A model generated the notes under the pieces. The model worked only from the letters and a program-made list of their open reading frames with translations, made no database searches and was not told where the DNA came from. This document shows, piece after piece, positions 26,828-40,790 of a stretch of DNA of 64,000 nucleotides (within the stretch, counting starts at the first letter, position 1; each line of letters starts with the position of its first letter). The DNA is from Octopus sinensis (Eukaryota): assembly GCF_006345805.1 (NCBI RefSeq), contig NW_021833436.1, positions 1 through 64,000 of the forward strand, in the 5' to 3' direction. A program made the position numbers and the translations under genes.

Positions 26828-29255
26828 ATGTAACGTATGTGCTCGGGTAATAGTCGATTTCATGTAAAATGCGACCCCTTATTTTGGCACAAAACTTGAG
26901 AATTTTCCATAGATCCCGTATAAAAGTCGACACTAGTATTTCACGAAGAACAGGACAACATTTGTAGGTTAAGGCACCGTATTGTCCTATAAATAGAAAT
27001 AACACTGTTACACATTTGTGTGGCTGCATTAGCCTGCTCTATACGTGGGATGCTTGGTGCTTATAGCAAAACACCATTTAATAGCGAGCACTTCATATTT
27101 GCTGATTGGTGCCACAATGTATGCAGAGGATATGCTGGAAGCCTGCACACATCTTCATGGCCAATAAACACATGCGTCATACACTCGTTGTTTGCATGGT
27201 GAGAAACGTGTTTCACAAACAGCACTATTGGCGAACACTAGCAAACGCCTCTATCAGAATTCGTGCAAAGGTATGATTTTTCGTAAGCATAAAAGTATTC
27301 AATTAATCGCTAGATCAGCGAAATGGCAACTGATCGTGAGCATGGATACGATAGCCCCTAGGCCGAAATGTATTAACGTTAAATTAATACTGTAAGTTTC
27401 ACATTGATCTATTTTTTAATTACATCTCTTGTTTCAAGGCATAATATAATTTGTACCGGTACTCCTTTCTGCTTTAACGCAGGATTCAATTTGCCGTGCA
27501 GTTTAGGTACTTGAAAATCGTCAAAGTGTGTTGATCGTGAAGCCACCTTAATTCATGCTCGAAAGGAATAAAAATAGGATGGAATTTCAAATTTTAAAGC
27601 GAATGTTGGATGGTGAGATGTTATGGCATAGTATAACAGCTGAGAACTAAGATCGCACAAAAACTGCGTGCTGATCTAAATGATAAGATAATAGAGTTTC
27701 ATAGGTTTGTAATCAGAAATCAGTTGAAAGAGTGTATGCATTATCATGTATTGGGAACATGGACGAAACGCTTGTTACTCTTGACATGTCAGAGAATCGA
27801 ACTGCGAATCAAAGAGGAGATAAAGCAGTATTCATGATAACCACTGGCCACGAGAAAAGGTTACTTTAGTTCTTTCATGTATGGCTAATGGTAATAAATT
27901 AAAACCGATGGTTGTTTTTAAGAGAAAAACTGTGCCGAATGAGATATTTACAAAAAGAATTATCATCCATGTGCATCCACAAGGATGGATAGAAGATGAG
28001 GGTCGTTGTAGAAAATGGATTAAAGATGTTTGGAATTTACGACCTGTGGAATGCATTGGATGGTACAGAAGACGATTGTCTATGGGATGACAAGTATAAC
28101 GAAGTGGATGATGCGCTACCTCTAAATATGGAGAGCGAAGATGATGATGAAGAGAATCCTTACGTTGATGCCATTCATCCTCATGATTAGGAAGCTTTAT
28201 TCAGTGCTGAAGATGATAAACTGTGTTAAATAAATTGGTAGTGTAGTCTCTAATCTAGCCACGAAAAAGAAAACGTTTTCGGTGGAAACTCGCTGGTGGA
28301 AAGTGATATTGTGCTTCTACTTCTTTTATCAGTTCTGGTATTTAATACATTAAATTGCATTTAGATTATTCGAAATAAAGATGCACCACTAATATACTGT
28401 ACTTGTGATGTGTGTGACTTTAACCATGAATATGAAAATAGTATAATTTATTGAAGAGGTATGAAGTGAAACACGCCGAGTAGATATCAGCTGTATGCAC
28501 CGTATTACGGTAAGTAGTGACATGCCCAGTACCGGTGATAATATAACATAATTATGAGATATAAATTGATTTCACTCTGCTAGTCTGTTAAGTTTGATTG
28601 ATACAAATAAAAGAGTTAGCGCAAATATTTATAAAAGCTACGCGGTCTTGTTTATGGGTTTTGTTACTTACTAGGATGTGGGATGTGATGCATAAAATTA
28701 ATATTACTGTAATTCATCGTGTTTTTGTTTTTATTCGCTTAGAGATCATGTAGGCTTCTGCCGCTGATACAGTACTTTGGATTCTAGCTTGAATTCCAGC
28801 TCCTCAAAAGTAATATCCATGTAATAGATGACCCCATAAACTTGACCTTAAAAGATGGCTTAAAATATTCGACATTCTCACGAGTATATACGGTATTCCT
28901 TCTCAGTCAATCACGTGATTCGAAAAGTAAATCTTCACGTAATTACTTTCCCAGTGCGGTTATTCCAAATAGGTTTGGACAGTAATGTAGCTTGTAGAGA
29001 ATGTTATGGGACTCGTGTTCCACATTCTGTTACCGTTATTCCAGAAACTGACAGATTAATTCAGATTAATTTAGACGTGAAACATCCAATCAGAAATAGA
29101 GTTCTTTTCTCTTTGTGTGACATATTCTGAATGTGTTATGATTATAGGCAGTGTTTCCAACGATGTATGTATCGTTCGTAAAATCAAGCTATTGCCTGTT
29201 GCTTCATCATTCATTGACATTCCTGCAAGCAATGTTTATACCATGCTACAAGATC
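26828..29255 (+). pseudogene. Lectin gene copy B: signal peptide + PAN exon, interrupted by a pogo element
   Basis: ATG TA at 26828-26832 resumes at 28896 to give MYSFSVNHVIRKVNLHV..., matching copy C exon 1. Frameshift near 29090, two PAN cysteines lost (IEFFSLCVTYSECVMII), donor GT changed to TT at 29256. Intron 1 homology to copy C continues to ~30460. Confidence 0.85.
26833..28893 (+). mobile_element. pogo-family DNA transposon (degenerate DDE transposase)
   Basis: TA duplication at 26831-32 and 28894-95. Imperfect TIRs ACGTATGTGCTCGGGTAATAGTCGA and revcomp CCGTATATACTCGTGAGAATGTCGA. Transposase remnant GNMDET..TTGHEK..CMANGNKLKPMVVFKRKT..HPQGWIEDEG. Confidence 0.85.
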
Positions 29256-31289
29256 TTGAGTAGTATTCTTTTCAAGAGGATGTATTTCATATATTGCTAC
29301 TATGTGTTTAGCCATTGTTACATCCTGTTCTAGAAAACCCATATTCAAAGGCGTTCGAGCTGATTCCGTAGTATAAAGTGTCCTTAGTGAAAACGGTATC
29401 CGTTGTTTTTGAGAAATTTGACTTTTATTTCCAGCAGGACACATGACTACGTAAATGTCCTCACATTGGATCATATTGCATATATTGTTGAAGAATAACT
29501 ATTCTAAAAGTCGTTTAAGCTGTAATCATCTTAGTTTAAACTAATGCATCATGGTCTTATAAATAATCCAGTCTTTTTACTTTTATCTAAAGCAGTAAGA
29601 TGTTTATTTGAAATCCCGTTGGCTGTTATTTCTAAGATATCTTGCAACCACATAGACGCTACTTTTGGTCCGTATTGTGCAAGTGGGTTTTGTAGAAGAT
29701 TGAGCTTTCGTTGTATATTTAGTTGCATATTTAATATACACGTGTGTTTCGATAGTTTTATCATATCAGATCACATGTATGGATAGATAAGATATGTCCT
29801 CTGGTGATATACAAATATTACACAGTATCATCAAATATCACAAATAATATTTGTTCCAGAAGGCGTCTCACTAACCAACGGATTAAATCGTGGTCTCTCA
29901 CATTATGCCTATTCGAAAAGATTCTAGGGTTGTACAAAATAATGTGTCTTTAAATAAAATTTAATAAAAGTATGTAAGAATTGCAATTCATAATTGTTCA
30001 AATAGCATGTTATTACAAATTTTGTATTGGAATGAGATACTGCTCCAAAGTAATTTTTCCTTCATTCTATGTTTTAATAACTGAAGAGTGGTAACAACGG
30101 TTTTCCGTAGAATATAGGTATGATGCATACGATTTTTTGAAAATATCGTATACAGCTTCCACGGCAAAATAAGTTTGAGGACCATTGTATGAGATACCTT
30201 CCATGGCTCCTTGTAAAACAACTAATAATAGCATCTGTAATCAAAGCTCTGAAGACCTATATATACGTAAGCATTTTGTAATTGTTGATTTGAGGAATAG
30301 TAGCGTATTGCTTTTCTTTTATCCTTTAAGTTTTCCTTATTTTTAGAGCTCCCATGATCGCAGCTGCACAGTAATATAACTATGTTTTTGACATTTCTTT
30401 CCATATATTACTTTCAGAACGTTTTACGTTGCTCCTAAAATTATATGACGTTGTTGTTGCTGTTGGGGATGAGATTCACTTTGATCGAGACATTTCCGCC
30501 GTAATTATCTCGTCTAGTTTACAGTACTCTACTAAACATATTATTTAATGAGCTCCTTGCCTAACATGAGGATGTGATTTCAGGGCGTTTTGACTGATCC
30601 TTGAAAAAGATCAAACGGCAAGAGAGACATTTCCCATCAGTGTGTTTTCGCAAATTTTATGATTAATAACTTCTCACGTAATTTTTTTGCTTAGCCCTAT
30701 GCTATGGTAGGAAACACACTTTAGCTCATCATACAGTGAGATTAAACCTGGAACAACGTGGTTAATAAGTCGACTTCTTTACACAGCCATGATTGTACTC
30801 CATTATAATTCTATTCTAATCAATGTAGATAGCATAGTGTTCCTACATAACTACTTAATTTGGTCACTTATTATAATATTTTTGTTGTTTGTCTCTTCAA
30901 CCTTCATGCATAGTCATCTCACATAGTTTCGTTCTACTTTCCATTTTCATCACAAACGTTCACACTCATACCATTACTAGATTGCTTTAATGAAATACCT
31001 TTTCTGCTATTGTATCTTGAAATTCGTGGAAATCGAGAATAGTTATGATTTAATATTTAATATTTCGGTTGATTGATTATCCAAATGTTGTCCCACAGTC
31101 TTCTGAATACTTTTCATCTTTCATTTTTAAAGTCTCTTATAATTTGTTTTCTTTGAATTAATTTTTTTTCATTTAGCAACACATTTTTTTTCTAATTTGT
31201 AGCAACAATAAGAAGGCACGAATTCTGAGCTGCATCTATTAATTATTTGGGCTCACATTACGAGATATGAAGAAAATGATGGAGAAAAT

Positions 31290-31409
31290 CTGCTCCTAAA
31301 ATTGGATGAAGAAGGTCAGCAATGATAAAAACAATCCACTGGAAACTTCGTCCAGTGCGAGTAAAATCTCACCGAAAGTTTTAACAGGAGAGTCGTTGAT
31401 TGCTGAATA

Positions 31410-31489
<80 letters not shown>

Positions 31490-31905
31490 ATATCAGAAGC
31501 GAAAAGTTTTTCTTTGACAAATTTAGAGGGTCCTATACTGCAGGACACTCCGGAGTCGACTAGAAATTCCTTCTTAGACTCGAAATCTAATATAAAAAAT
31601 GCGTGACTAGGAGAAAATGTGCCAGGAACTGCGGTCACGCTGGGAGCTCGGCTTTTTAGTTTTCCTGAGTTTTTAAATGTACGAGGCGAAATACATTTCT
31701 TAGCTGTAGAACCAAACTTATAATGATACCAGCAAAAAGGTTTTGATCTGCTGGGAGAACGGACATTAGAACGACGATAGCGACGAGGTGATGGATTTCT
31801 ATTGATATGCAAGAGACAAATTTCTGTGACTAGCTTATCTATAGTCATCTGTGTAGATTCACGAAATTCTTTGAATTTAGAAGAAACTGTTGCAACTGAC
31901 AAAAG
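31290..31905 (-). mobile_element. Ty3/Gypsy LTR retrotransposon gag-protease fragment split by (TA)n
   Basis: CWYHYKFGSTAKKC gag knuckle, protease FLVDSG, and after the microsatellite AINDSPVKTFGEILLALD. Confidence 0.8.
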
Positions 31906-32080
31906 AGAGTTGTTCTGTTCTGGAATAGGTTTTGTATTAATTATATGTTACAATCAAATCTACCTCTAACAACAAATTCACAGTAAAATTTGTTTGAATT
32001 ATTGCCTAAGTTATTGCCAAGTCTTCACATTTTTAGTATTGACCCAATGCCTATTTTTTACATAATGAATTTGCCTAACA

Positions 32081-33374
32081 TACGAGGGGCGTTCAATAAG
32101 TAATGCCCCTGACCCACTTCCCATAACAGTAGAGCAACGAAACTTGGCACAGTTATTAGTCTCTTTTTACATAGGAACCACCCAGAGTTACGCATTTCTC
32201 CCATCATTTTATGCAGCTCTGGAGACCGTTTTTGTAGAAGACCCCAGTTTGGTCCTCCAACCACGACGTGACTTCAGAAATCAAGGCTGCATCATATGGG
32301 AAACGCTTTCCTTTCAAAAACAACATCATGGCTGGGAAGAGGTGAAAATCAGAGGGTGCAAGGTCAGGAGATTAGGGGGATGGGGGAGGAGTTCATAATC
32401 GCACGCCTGTGCTTCTGATCTGGCGACACGTGAGTTGTAGACCGGAGCGTTGTCCTGCAGGAAGAGGATGCCTTTGCTGATCTTGCCCGCCTCTTGATTT
32501 TAATAGCTTCTCTTAATTTCTTCAAAAGTGAAGCATAATAGGCTCCTGTAATTGTGGTACCCTTTGCCAGGAAATCTGTCATCACTACTCCGTCCTGGTC
32601 CCAGAAGACTGTGAGCATGACCTTGCCAGCGGAGGGCTGCACCCTTGCCTTCTTTGGAGGAGGTGAGTCACGGTGCTTCCACTGCATTGACTGGGCTTTG
32701 GTCTATGGATCATAGTGATGGACCCAGGTTTCATCCTGTGTAATCAGTCTTCTGAAAAATTTTGACTCATCTTCTTGGCACATCTCCAAATTCACCCTCG
32801 AGCACTCGACGCGTTCTTGCTTCTGGAAAGGTGTGAGCAACCTGGGAATCCATCTGGCAGACACCTTTTGCATATGCAAATGGTCATGAATGATAGTTTC
32901 CACATACCCGGTACTAATCTTGACCTCATGGGCTATTTGGCGAATAGTTATGCGTCGATCTTCCAAAATGGCAGCCTCAACTTGACGGACAGATGCCTCA
33001 TCAATGGCAGAAGGGGGCGACCAGATCTAGGAGCTGTTTCCACAGAGTTCCGACCATGTTTAAATTCACGATGCCAGCGTTTTACAAGGTCATATGATGG
33101 GGCATCATCACCATAAGTTACTTTCATTTCATCAAAAGTCTCCCGTGGTGTGCCTCCTTTCAAATACAAAAACCGGATCACTGCTCGACACTCAACTGGC
33201 TCCATTTCACACTTGACTCTGTTCAAACACCTGTAAATCAGAAACCACAATTAGTTCAGAGCTGTAATTTGCCACTTAATCTATAAAGATATAAATAATT
33301 GCACATGCAAAATTTCAGCTAGATCAAACAAATGCAAGTGGGTCAGGAGCATTACTTATTGAACGTCCCTCGTA
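32081..33374 (-). mobile_element. Full-length mariner (DD34D) element with a frameshifted transposase
   Basis: ~38-bp TIRs TACGAGGGGCGTTCAATAAGTAATGCCCCTGACCCACTT at both ends with TA. Motifs WIPRLL, ITQDETWVHHYDP, QDNAP, SDFHLFP. Confidence 0.95.
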
Positions 33375-36109
33375 TTTATTATTCTGCTTTGTATAAAACT
33401 TTAGCTATATTAATACTTCTGGCTATCATTTTTTTGACATTCTAGAGTGTCAATATTTTAATAAAATAATGGTACCTTTTTTTAATTATAATGTTATTTT
33501 GTAAATTAAAATCAAATAATATTTAATATTCAAATTTTACCCTTAGTTGCAATAGTTGAAGTAAACATGTTCTTGTTCTGTTCTTTACTTGATACAATAA
33601 GTTATCCTGAACTTTTCCAAGTGTAATAATTTTTCCTATAATTTTCCAGGTTTATAATCTTAAAAATATTATTTCTCTTGCTCGCATTTTTCCATGTAAT
33701 TATGTTTTTTCCAGGTTATGCTATTATGCTAATTAGTAATGCGTGAAATGTATGAATTAGCGTTATTGTTGATAAGTTTTCCTTACCTCAATGACGCCGG
33801 TGATATATATTAAAAGTCCCCTTATAGAACTATATTCATAAAAATGTATCGAACATTATTATCACCTTCAAATTTGAGAAACAAGCATTCATAACTTGTT
33901 TGCTGTAAAACTTCATTGCATGAGATTGATACCATGAAATTTCTCGAATCGAGCTCTATCATGTAAGCTTAAGTAAAATATAGTTTGTTTTTAAAATAAA
34001 AAAAGTTAATTATACTTAAATCCAATTTTTGCTCTACTTATATTTTTTTTTCATGATATTTTACTTCAGCTTTTTTTATACAAATTTTTGTTACCTGGTA
34101 CCAAAACTATGAAATTCTGCATGCTTTCTTTTATCATTGAAGCTAAGATAAAAAGTTTTTGCTTTTAAAATAAAAAAAGTTATTTCGATCTTAACTCGAT
34201 AGTAGGCGTTACTCACTCTCCTAAAATGTTGCTTCAGATTTTGGTGTAAACTTTTTTTTCTACTGGATCAAATCTTTTATGCCGGAATGTAGCTAGAGAT
34301 CAGTCCTCTTCAAAAATGTTAACAGTTTTTAATTTGGTTCAGAACTGAATTAGCGACAAGCTCTGAAAGATGCTGCATTTGAGTAAATTGCGGCATTAAG
34401 AATATCATTCAACTACCACAGTAGTTGAATGATAACTAATTACTTAGTCATGATTAGCATATGCAAGTATACATATACAGAGACACACACACATATGTAT
34501 ATATATATATAGATATATACACCTCTCTCACTCCCTCTCTATTGTTCTCTCTCTCCCTCACACACATACATACACAAATAAATGTCTGAAATATTGAATG
34601 GTATATCTATAATATTATCTATCAATATAGTTATATTGTTATTTCCATATTATTTTTAAACAAATTTCGAATTTACTTTATTATGCAGCTGGTTTGAAGA
34701 AAACCTCCAGCATACCTCTTATTAATCATAGGAGATAATACATTTCAAAAACAGTTCGAATATATTCTCAGAGTGACTGATATTGGTCTGTTCATTTTCC
34801 TCAACTTGAGTAGATATATGACTGGAGCTAGTCTAGTAAGAGGAAAAGTAATAAAGTGCTTGCAACTAAAGATATACAACAGCTAACTATTGACGTTAAA
34901 GTCTACCATGTCCCAAAATAAACTGATTCACAGAACAATTTTTTACACAAAGTTCCTCGACCAAATCTATATCTGGCATTGGGTGCATAGATTGTTTTAA
35001 AGTTATTGTCCCAAAGTTCTGCGCAGTGAGATCGAAACAAAAGCCAAGGAGCTGAGGAATTACATTTGTTCTTAAAGAACATTATTATTTGTCATGCTTT
35101 TTTTCTACCTGCCATTTTCTCTTTTTGTAAGCGGCGTCTTCCATTTTTAAATCAAGAAGATCTATAAAACTGATACTCGCTTAAAATTATTTTAATATTT
35201 CGATTTTAATTCTTTTTTATGATGATAAAACTATTAGAAACTAACAAACAAAATTCATTCCTTTGGATGGTCATCAATTTCTCTACCTTTATTGATCGTT
35301 TTGATAGCTAATTCTTTTGCAAGTTACCACTCACCGCCGGAAAATTGAAATATGTTCTAAATTGTTTTCAAGCACTTACTGATACAAACTGCAAAAATGA
35401 TATTAATCATCAAGAAATATTGTTTTTCTTTCATTTCATAATAGCTTCTAATTTACTTTTTTAATGTTTCATACAATGAACATGATTACTCAGTTCCATA
35501 GAATTTGCGAGTGTTAATTGTGAGCAATGTAATGTAAGAATCAACATCGTGTCAAAAGTCGATATTAGACAACAACGTAATAAACTTATTCATTAACTGT
35601 CGAAGTGTCCATAAGACCTCCGAATTTTTAAAGAAAATTATATTGTTTGGAGATAAATTGTTCTAATGAAACTAGAATTTCCGAGTGAAACAAGCAATTT
35701 AATCTTTAAAACACATGCTTTTACCTTTCTTCCGTTACTGATCAATGAAGACCTTCACTTCAGTTACGAGGTCGATTCGGGTTTTTCTATATATCAGTAT
35801 ATGTATAAGAAACTTGTTGTATGAAAATATCGATCGTATGCAAGCAAATCCAGTGCGTATTTCATCTGATGTACTGACTGAGTCTTTGCAAGGTTCTTGC
35901 TTAGTTTATGTTACCTAGATGCGGCCTCTAAACAGGAAGTGATTTCTTTTCTGTTGAGATAGATATATGAAGCCTGTTCAGAGAATGCCTGTTTCCAGAA
36001 TTTTGTCAATGCCTATACTTCCACTTTTACTCTCAGTCAATAATCGTAGGTTTTTTTTTCTCCGCTGACTGCTACTCTATTGCAATTCAAACAAATCAAC
36101 TAACATATG

Positions 36110-36560
36110 GCTGGAGATAAATTTACACAAAATAACCACCCTCAGCTCCCACTGCGATCTCAAGCCGGATCAGGAAACTTGCGCATGATTCCTTCAATGT
36201 GAGCTTGAGAAAATCTTCGAACACCTTCGACATCTTCACCAGATGCTCGGTATTCATGGTGCAAACTGAAAGTATTGTCATTCTCAACACATCTCACTCA
36301 TTATAATTCATGGGATTACAACTGGGGATTAGGAAGCCTGGTATTGGGACTGGGGATATCATAGAAATTGTCCACCAACCACTTCTTACTATTTCCGGAC
36401 ATATAGCAAGGGGACGAATCATGATGCCATACACGTAGCCTTCAGAGAGCAATCTTCCCCTACCAGACTTAACCACAGTCTTCAGTATCTTCGTATAGCC
36501 GTCTAAACTAAGCGTAAAGACCTGTTCATAAGTCGTTGGTGGATTTCGAAGTGCAGAGGC
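36110..36560 (-). mobile_element. maT-like Tc1/mariner transposase remnant
   Basis: Degenerate similarity to 55971-56470 (GR.YV..DS.PC, KWL.DNFYD, PNSP.CNPM). Confidence 0.55.
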
Positions 36561-36753
36561 AGTCAGAATGCCTATTGTCTCCCTTCCTGCTGGCCACAAT
36601 ATCACAGTTGCAGCTGTTTATGTCACATCTTATGGTATTTACAGCGTTCACAGATCATGGAACAACAGTCACGGTGTCAGTACTTTGATACCCCACACGA
36701 ATCATCATGATACATGAAACTCTTTTCCAATATTCACATGGCCTGGAAGTAGT

Positions 36754-37140
36754 ACGGGATGGTATCAAAAAGTTCCAGGGGAAGTTCTGTAGCGTGCCAA
36801 AAGATGTCGGCACATGGTTGCATGTGTAATAAAAGCTTGCAATAACCATCCTGAGGCAGTATGCCGAGGGAAATTTTTGTGTTTACTTCACAAGTTGTGA
36901 AATTTGTGTTTATGTGATCATATATATGCTGTAGTCCGCGATTTTGTCATGCTCAGGAAGTTGTAACAAACAGCCAACGAGAAATTTTTGCGTTAAACTT
37001 AGGAACTCTGCTACAGAGACATTGATCATGCTTCGGTAATCTTTCGTTTTTGAGTGGCACGCTTTCTTCAAAGCAGAAGAACGTCCCTGGAAGACAATGA
37101 GCGATCTGGAAGACCTGCCACGAAATTTGGTATTGTGTAT
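36754..37140 (+). mobile_element. 5' fragment of a mariner element related to 45686-46987
   Basis: TACGGGATGGTATCAAAAAGTTCC TIR-like start and a shared HTH-coding segment. Confidence 0.75.
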
Positions 37141-37959
37141 CGAGACTGCAGTTGAGAGTTCTACTGTGAAGTTGAGGTGCACACACATAACACACACACA
37201 CACACACACACACGTTTATCTCACCGAATAAACTGCTCTTCTCTCTAGACATCACATTCTGCGTCCCCTTCCTAGTTTCTACAATCACCTGATAAATAAT
37301 TCCTAACTTTCCTGTGAGCACTAACCGATTATCAAAATAATATACTTACTCAATAATAATAAAAGTTAAAAATACTTATACAAATTTTAAAAAACAAGTA
37401 ATAAATTTTTGTGGAGAGGCAGAACTGAATGAATTTCACCAAGAACAGAATCAGGTTTTTTACAATAAAATACTACCACATTCAGCAACATATAGATATT
37501 GATTATAGACATTCATCTAATGCATCCACAATGAAACATCGAGAAATACAACTGCATTTACGCATCAGAAATAAACGAATTCATAATAAACCAGTGTCAA
37601 ACACAAATACATTTCATCAAACCACATCTCAGCATTAAACAACTTAATAATGAAATAAATTCAAATATATAAATAAACAATAGAAAAACAGAACATGGAA
37701 AATTTTGTATCGTGCAAAACGCATAAATCTATAAAGAGTGCAGCATTATCACGAACACCACCAAAAATAGCAACAACAACAGCGATCTGAACACGTGTCA
37801 AAATATCAACTTCGCTCACAGGCCAAATTATCAAGCATTTCTAGAAACCATCCAAAAGACGATATGAAAGAAGAAGCGAAAATTACACTAGCTATCTAAA
37901 TATATATGTGTATATATGTTTGATCATCCCTTAAATAATGCGGTTTTGTCAATTGCATT

Positions 37960-38320
37960 AACAGAAGACATGAGATTTAGGACTGGTACTTATTTTATCG
38001 ACCACGACGGAGTTTGAACTCAGAACGTAAAGACGGACGAAATATCACAAAGAATTTAACCGTGTATGCTAATTATTCTCCCTGCATGCCGCCTTAACCA
38101 CAATAATACATTTTCTACTAAAGGCAGAAGGCATGAGATTTAGGGGAGAGGGCTAGTCAATTACTTCCATCCCAGTACCCAACTAGTACTTATTTTATCG
38201 ACCCTGAAACAATGGAAAGCGAAGTTAATCATGACGAAATATCAACTCAGATCGTAAAGACGGATGAAATGCCGCTAAGCACTTTGTCCGGAGTGCTAAC
38301 CATCCTGGCAGCTCAAATAT
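37960..38320 (-). mobile_element. Degenerate tRNA-derived SINE copies
   Basis: Blocks ACTGGTACTTATTTTATCGACC and TTTGAACTCAGAACGTAAAGACGGACGAAAT recur; a similar copy lies at 38700-38900. Confidence 0.6.
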
Positions 38321-38919
38321 CCCGAAATCCCCAAAATGTGAGAACCACAAAAAAAATAAAATAATAATAATTATAATAATAATTCATATGCCAGGAAACC
38401 TAAAAGTATCAGATCTACAACAAAATGTTTTCATGGCGATTATCCTCATTGTAAGAAAAACATTGTCGACTTGGAAATAACTGATTTTCTAAAAACTCTT
38501 TCAAAACCGAAATATTACAAACGTATAGAAACTTAGTTCTCAGATGCTGTTCTCCTTCCGCTACAGCATATCATTGCCAATCATAAATAACACTCATACT
38601 AGAACGTCCAAATTGCTGTTACATGATGTTTCTGGATCAGACTCGGAACAATTCGTATAAAATCTAGCAACAATAACGTAAATAATACTAATAATAATCC
38701 TCTCTACAATAGGCACTAATCTAGCAATTCTTGTGAGAGGTGTTCCTTATTGCTAAACAAGTAATTACATAAACTGTTAAGTACCTGAACTGGTAATTAC
38801 CCTAAGTGGTAATTATTTTATCGACTCTGAATGGATGAAAAGCAACGTCGTTATTCACAGCATTTGGACTCAGAGAGTAGTGAGGTGGAAGAAATTGCTA
38901 AACATGCATTTGATCATAA

Positions 38920-39350
38920 TTGATCATAACGAACTGAAATATGAAATCAATAGGATGTGAAAAATAAAGCATTCAAACATCACACCAGTAATCGTAGGTG
39001 CATTAGGAACAGCAAAGGAAATCAATAGCAAAATAGAGAAAATCGAAGCAGATAGTGACAGAGCTATTGCAAACAGTTTTCTCAGTATTCCGATGTTGTT
39101 TTTCTGTTTCGCTGAGTCCAATCGTCACTGTTTGGACTAAGGTTTACTTATACAGTAATTTAAAATCAGGTTAAAAGCATTTGTTTTCCTCTTCTTCATT
39201 AACGTTAGCCATTTGTTTCGCTGAAGGAAAATGATTGCAAGTCATTATTTATACTTTGTGCCCCACCACCTATACGGCAAGTTTTGATAAATACAACGAA
39301 AATGATGATAATAGTAATAAAAGTGAAGAAAAATTAGCTTAATAAAAGTG

Positions 39351-39407
<57 letters not shown>

Positions 39408-39408
39408 T

Positions 39409-39449
<41 letters not shown>

Positions 39450-39458
39450 TTGGTGGTG

Positions 39459-39506
<48 letters not shown>

Positions 39507-39524
39507 ATAATAATAAATAATGAA

Positions 39525-39573
<49 letters not shown>

Positions 39574-40790
39574 CTATTTGTAGCAGCAGCAGCAGTAGTA
39601 GTAGTAGAAGTAGGAGTAATTGTTGTTGTTGTTGTTGTAGTAGTAGTAATTTAGTTTCAAAATGGTCAACACGCATCACATAAACTAGCAGATAAATGTA
39701 CATATCCAGCAACAAACAGAACGATAGCAAGATAAAAAAAAATAGACAGACCTACTCACCAGAATACCAAAATAATTGTACCCACATCCAACTTTGTTGT
39801 GGTTAGAAAGAAAAATAAATAACAAAGATGCCCCTGTCGCCAAAACATATGGGCCTATAGTATGCTTGAAAATTATATGCAAACTGTACACTTATTGTCT
39901 GAATATGTTTCTCCAAGACCACTGCTAAAGAAATGGTATGATAACTGATGAACAGGCCGGAGGAAAGGAAGGTGTATGGGGTTGTGTTGAGCAGTTTCTC
40001 AACAAAGTTTTCCTTTAGGGAGCTCAGCAACATCGCCGTTATCTCTTAATAATATGGCTAGACTACGAGTCATTCCACTTTGTTCCTCACTAACAGGTGC
40101 ATTTAACAAGACCATATCTCACAATGCTTTTTGCAGTGCCAGTGTTAGTACCAACATTTGGTTTGTTTGACTGGATACCCAACAAGATACGCAGACTGGA
40201 CATCTAACCGGAAGGGTACTGACCACTGCTGGTATCTTCTACGTTTACGACCATACCGATAGAGTCTATGTGAAACGAGTTGATGTTTGTAGAGGTCAGT
40301 AGTCAGTTCAAATTGCTGTCCGATAACAGCTGCTGAAGAAAGAAAGAAGTACATTCCATAAATACTGAAAATTAAGAGCAAAACATCTTAAGAATTAGTG
40401 AAAATCTACTGGGCATGTTCTCTGAGAATATAACAGTCTCCTGCAACTGAAAGGAGACTGGACTGGCCTACCAAAACAGAAGCTTGGAGGAGAAGCGGGC
40501 ATCATGCCAACAAAAAGCAATGCATGGGTATATATTCCGTAAGCTAGAGGGCAACAGCAGCATTGACAAGAAAAGAAACCTCGCCCGGACGCGTAATAGA
40601 TACATTACATCCCACCAAGAAGGATATGCCTTCGCTATCAAGGAACAGGAGATAGTTATTAAATCCTGATAAACAAGAGAGACAATGATATCACCAAACG
40701 TTTACGTTGTAATAGAAAATGTGAGCTCTGCAGAAGATATCACCAGTATCATTAGCAGTTGACCCAAATTGTCTACCAGATACTACATGC
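38920..40790 (+). mobile_element. Degenerate R4/Dong-like LINE fragments flanking a compound trinucleotide tract (39345-39650)
   Basis: PVIVGALG 3' motif at ~38990; DEQAGGKEGVWGCVEQ at ~39945; KAMHGYIF..EGYAFAIKEQEI in ORF 40484-40669. Confidence 0.65.

Noticed and set aside
35435-35640. Possible decayed exon 2 of lectin copy B
   Set aside because: An acceptor-like site and patches (CCATAGAATTTG, AAACTTATTCA) recall exon 2 of copy C, but the similarity is too weak by eye in AT-rich DNA; needs alignment.
36754-37140. Mariner shared by descent between lectin copies B and C
   Set aside because: The 5' flanks differ from those at 45686, so independent insertions are equally likely.
39245-39730. 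Low-complexity ORFs (poly-T/V/N; YIYI, HTHT, CVCV ORFs throughout)
   Set aside because: Translations of microsatellites, with no coding evidence.
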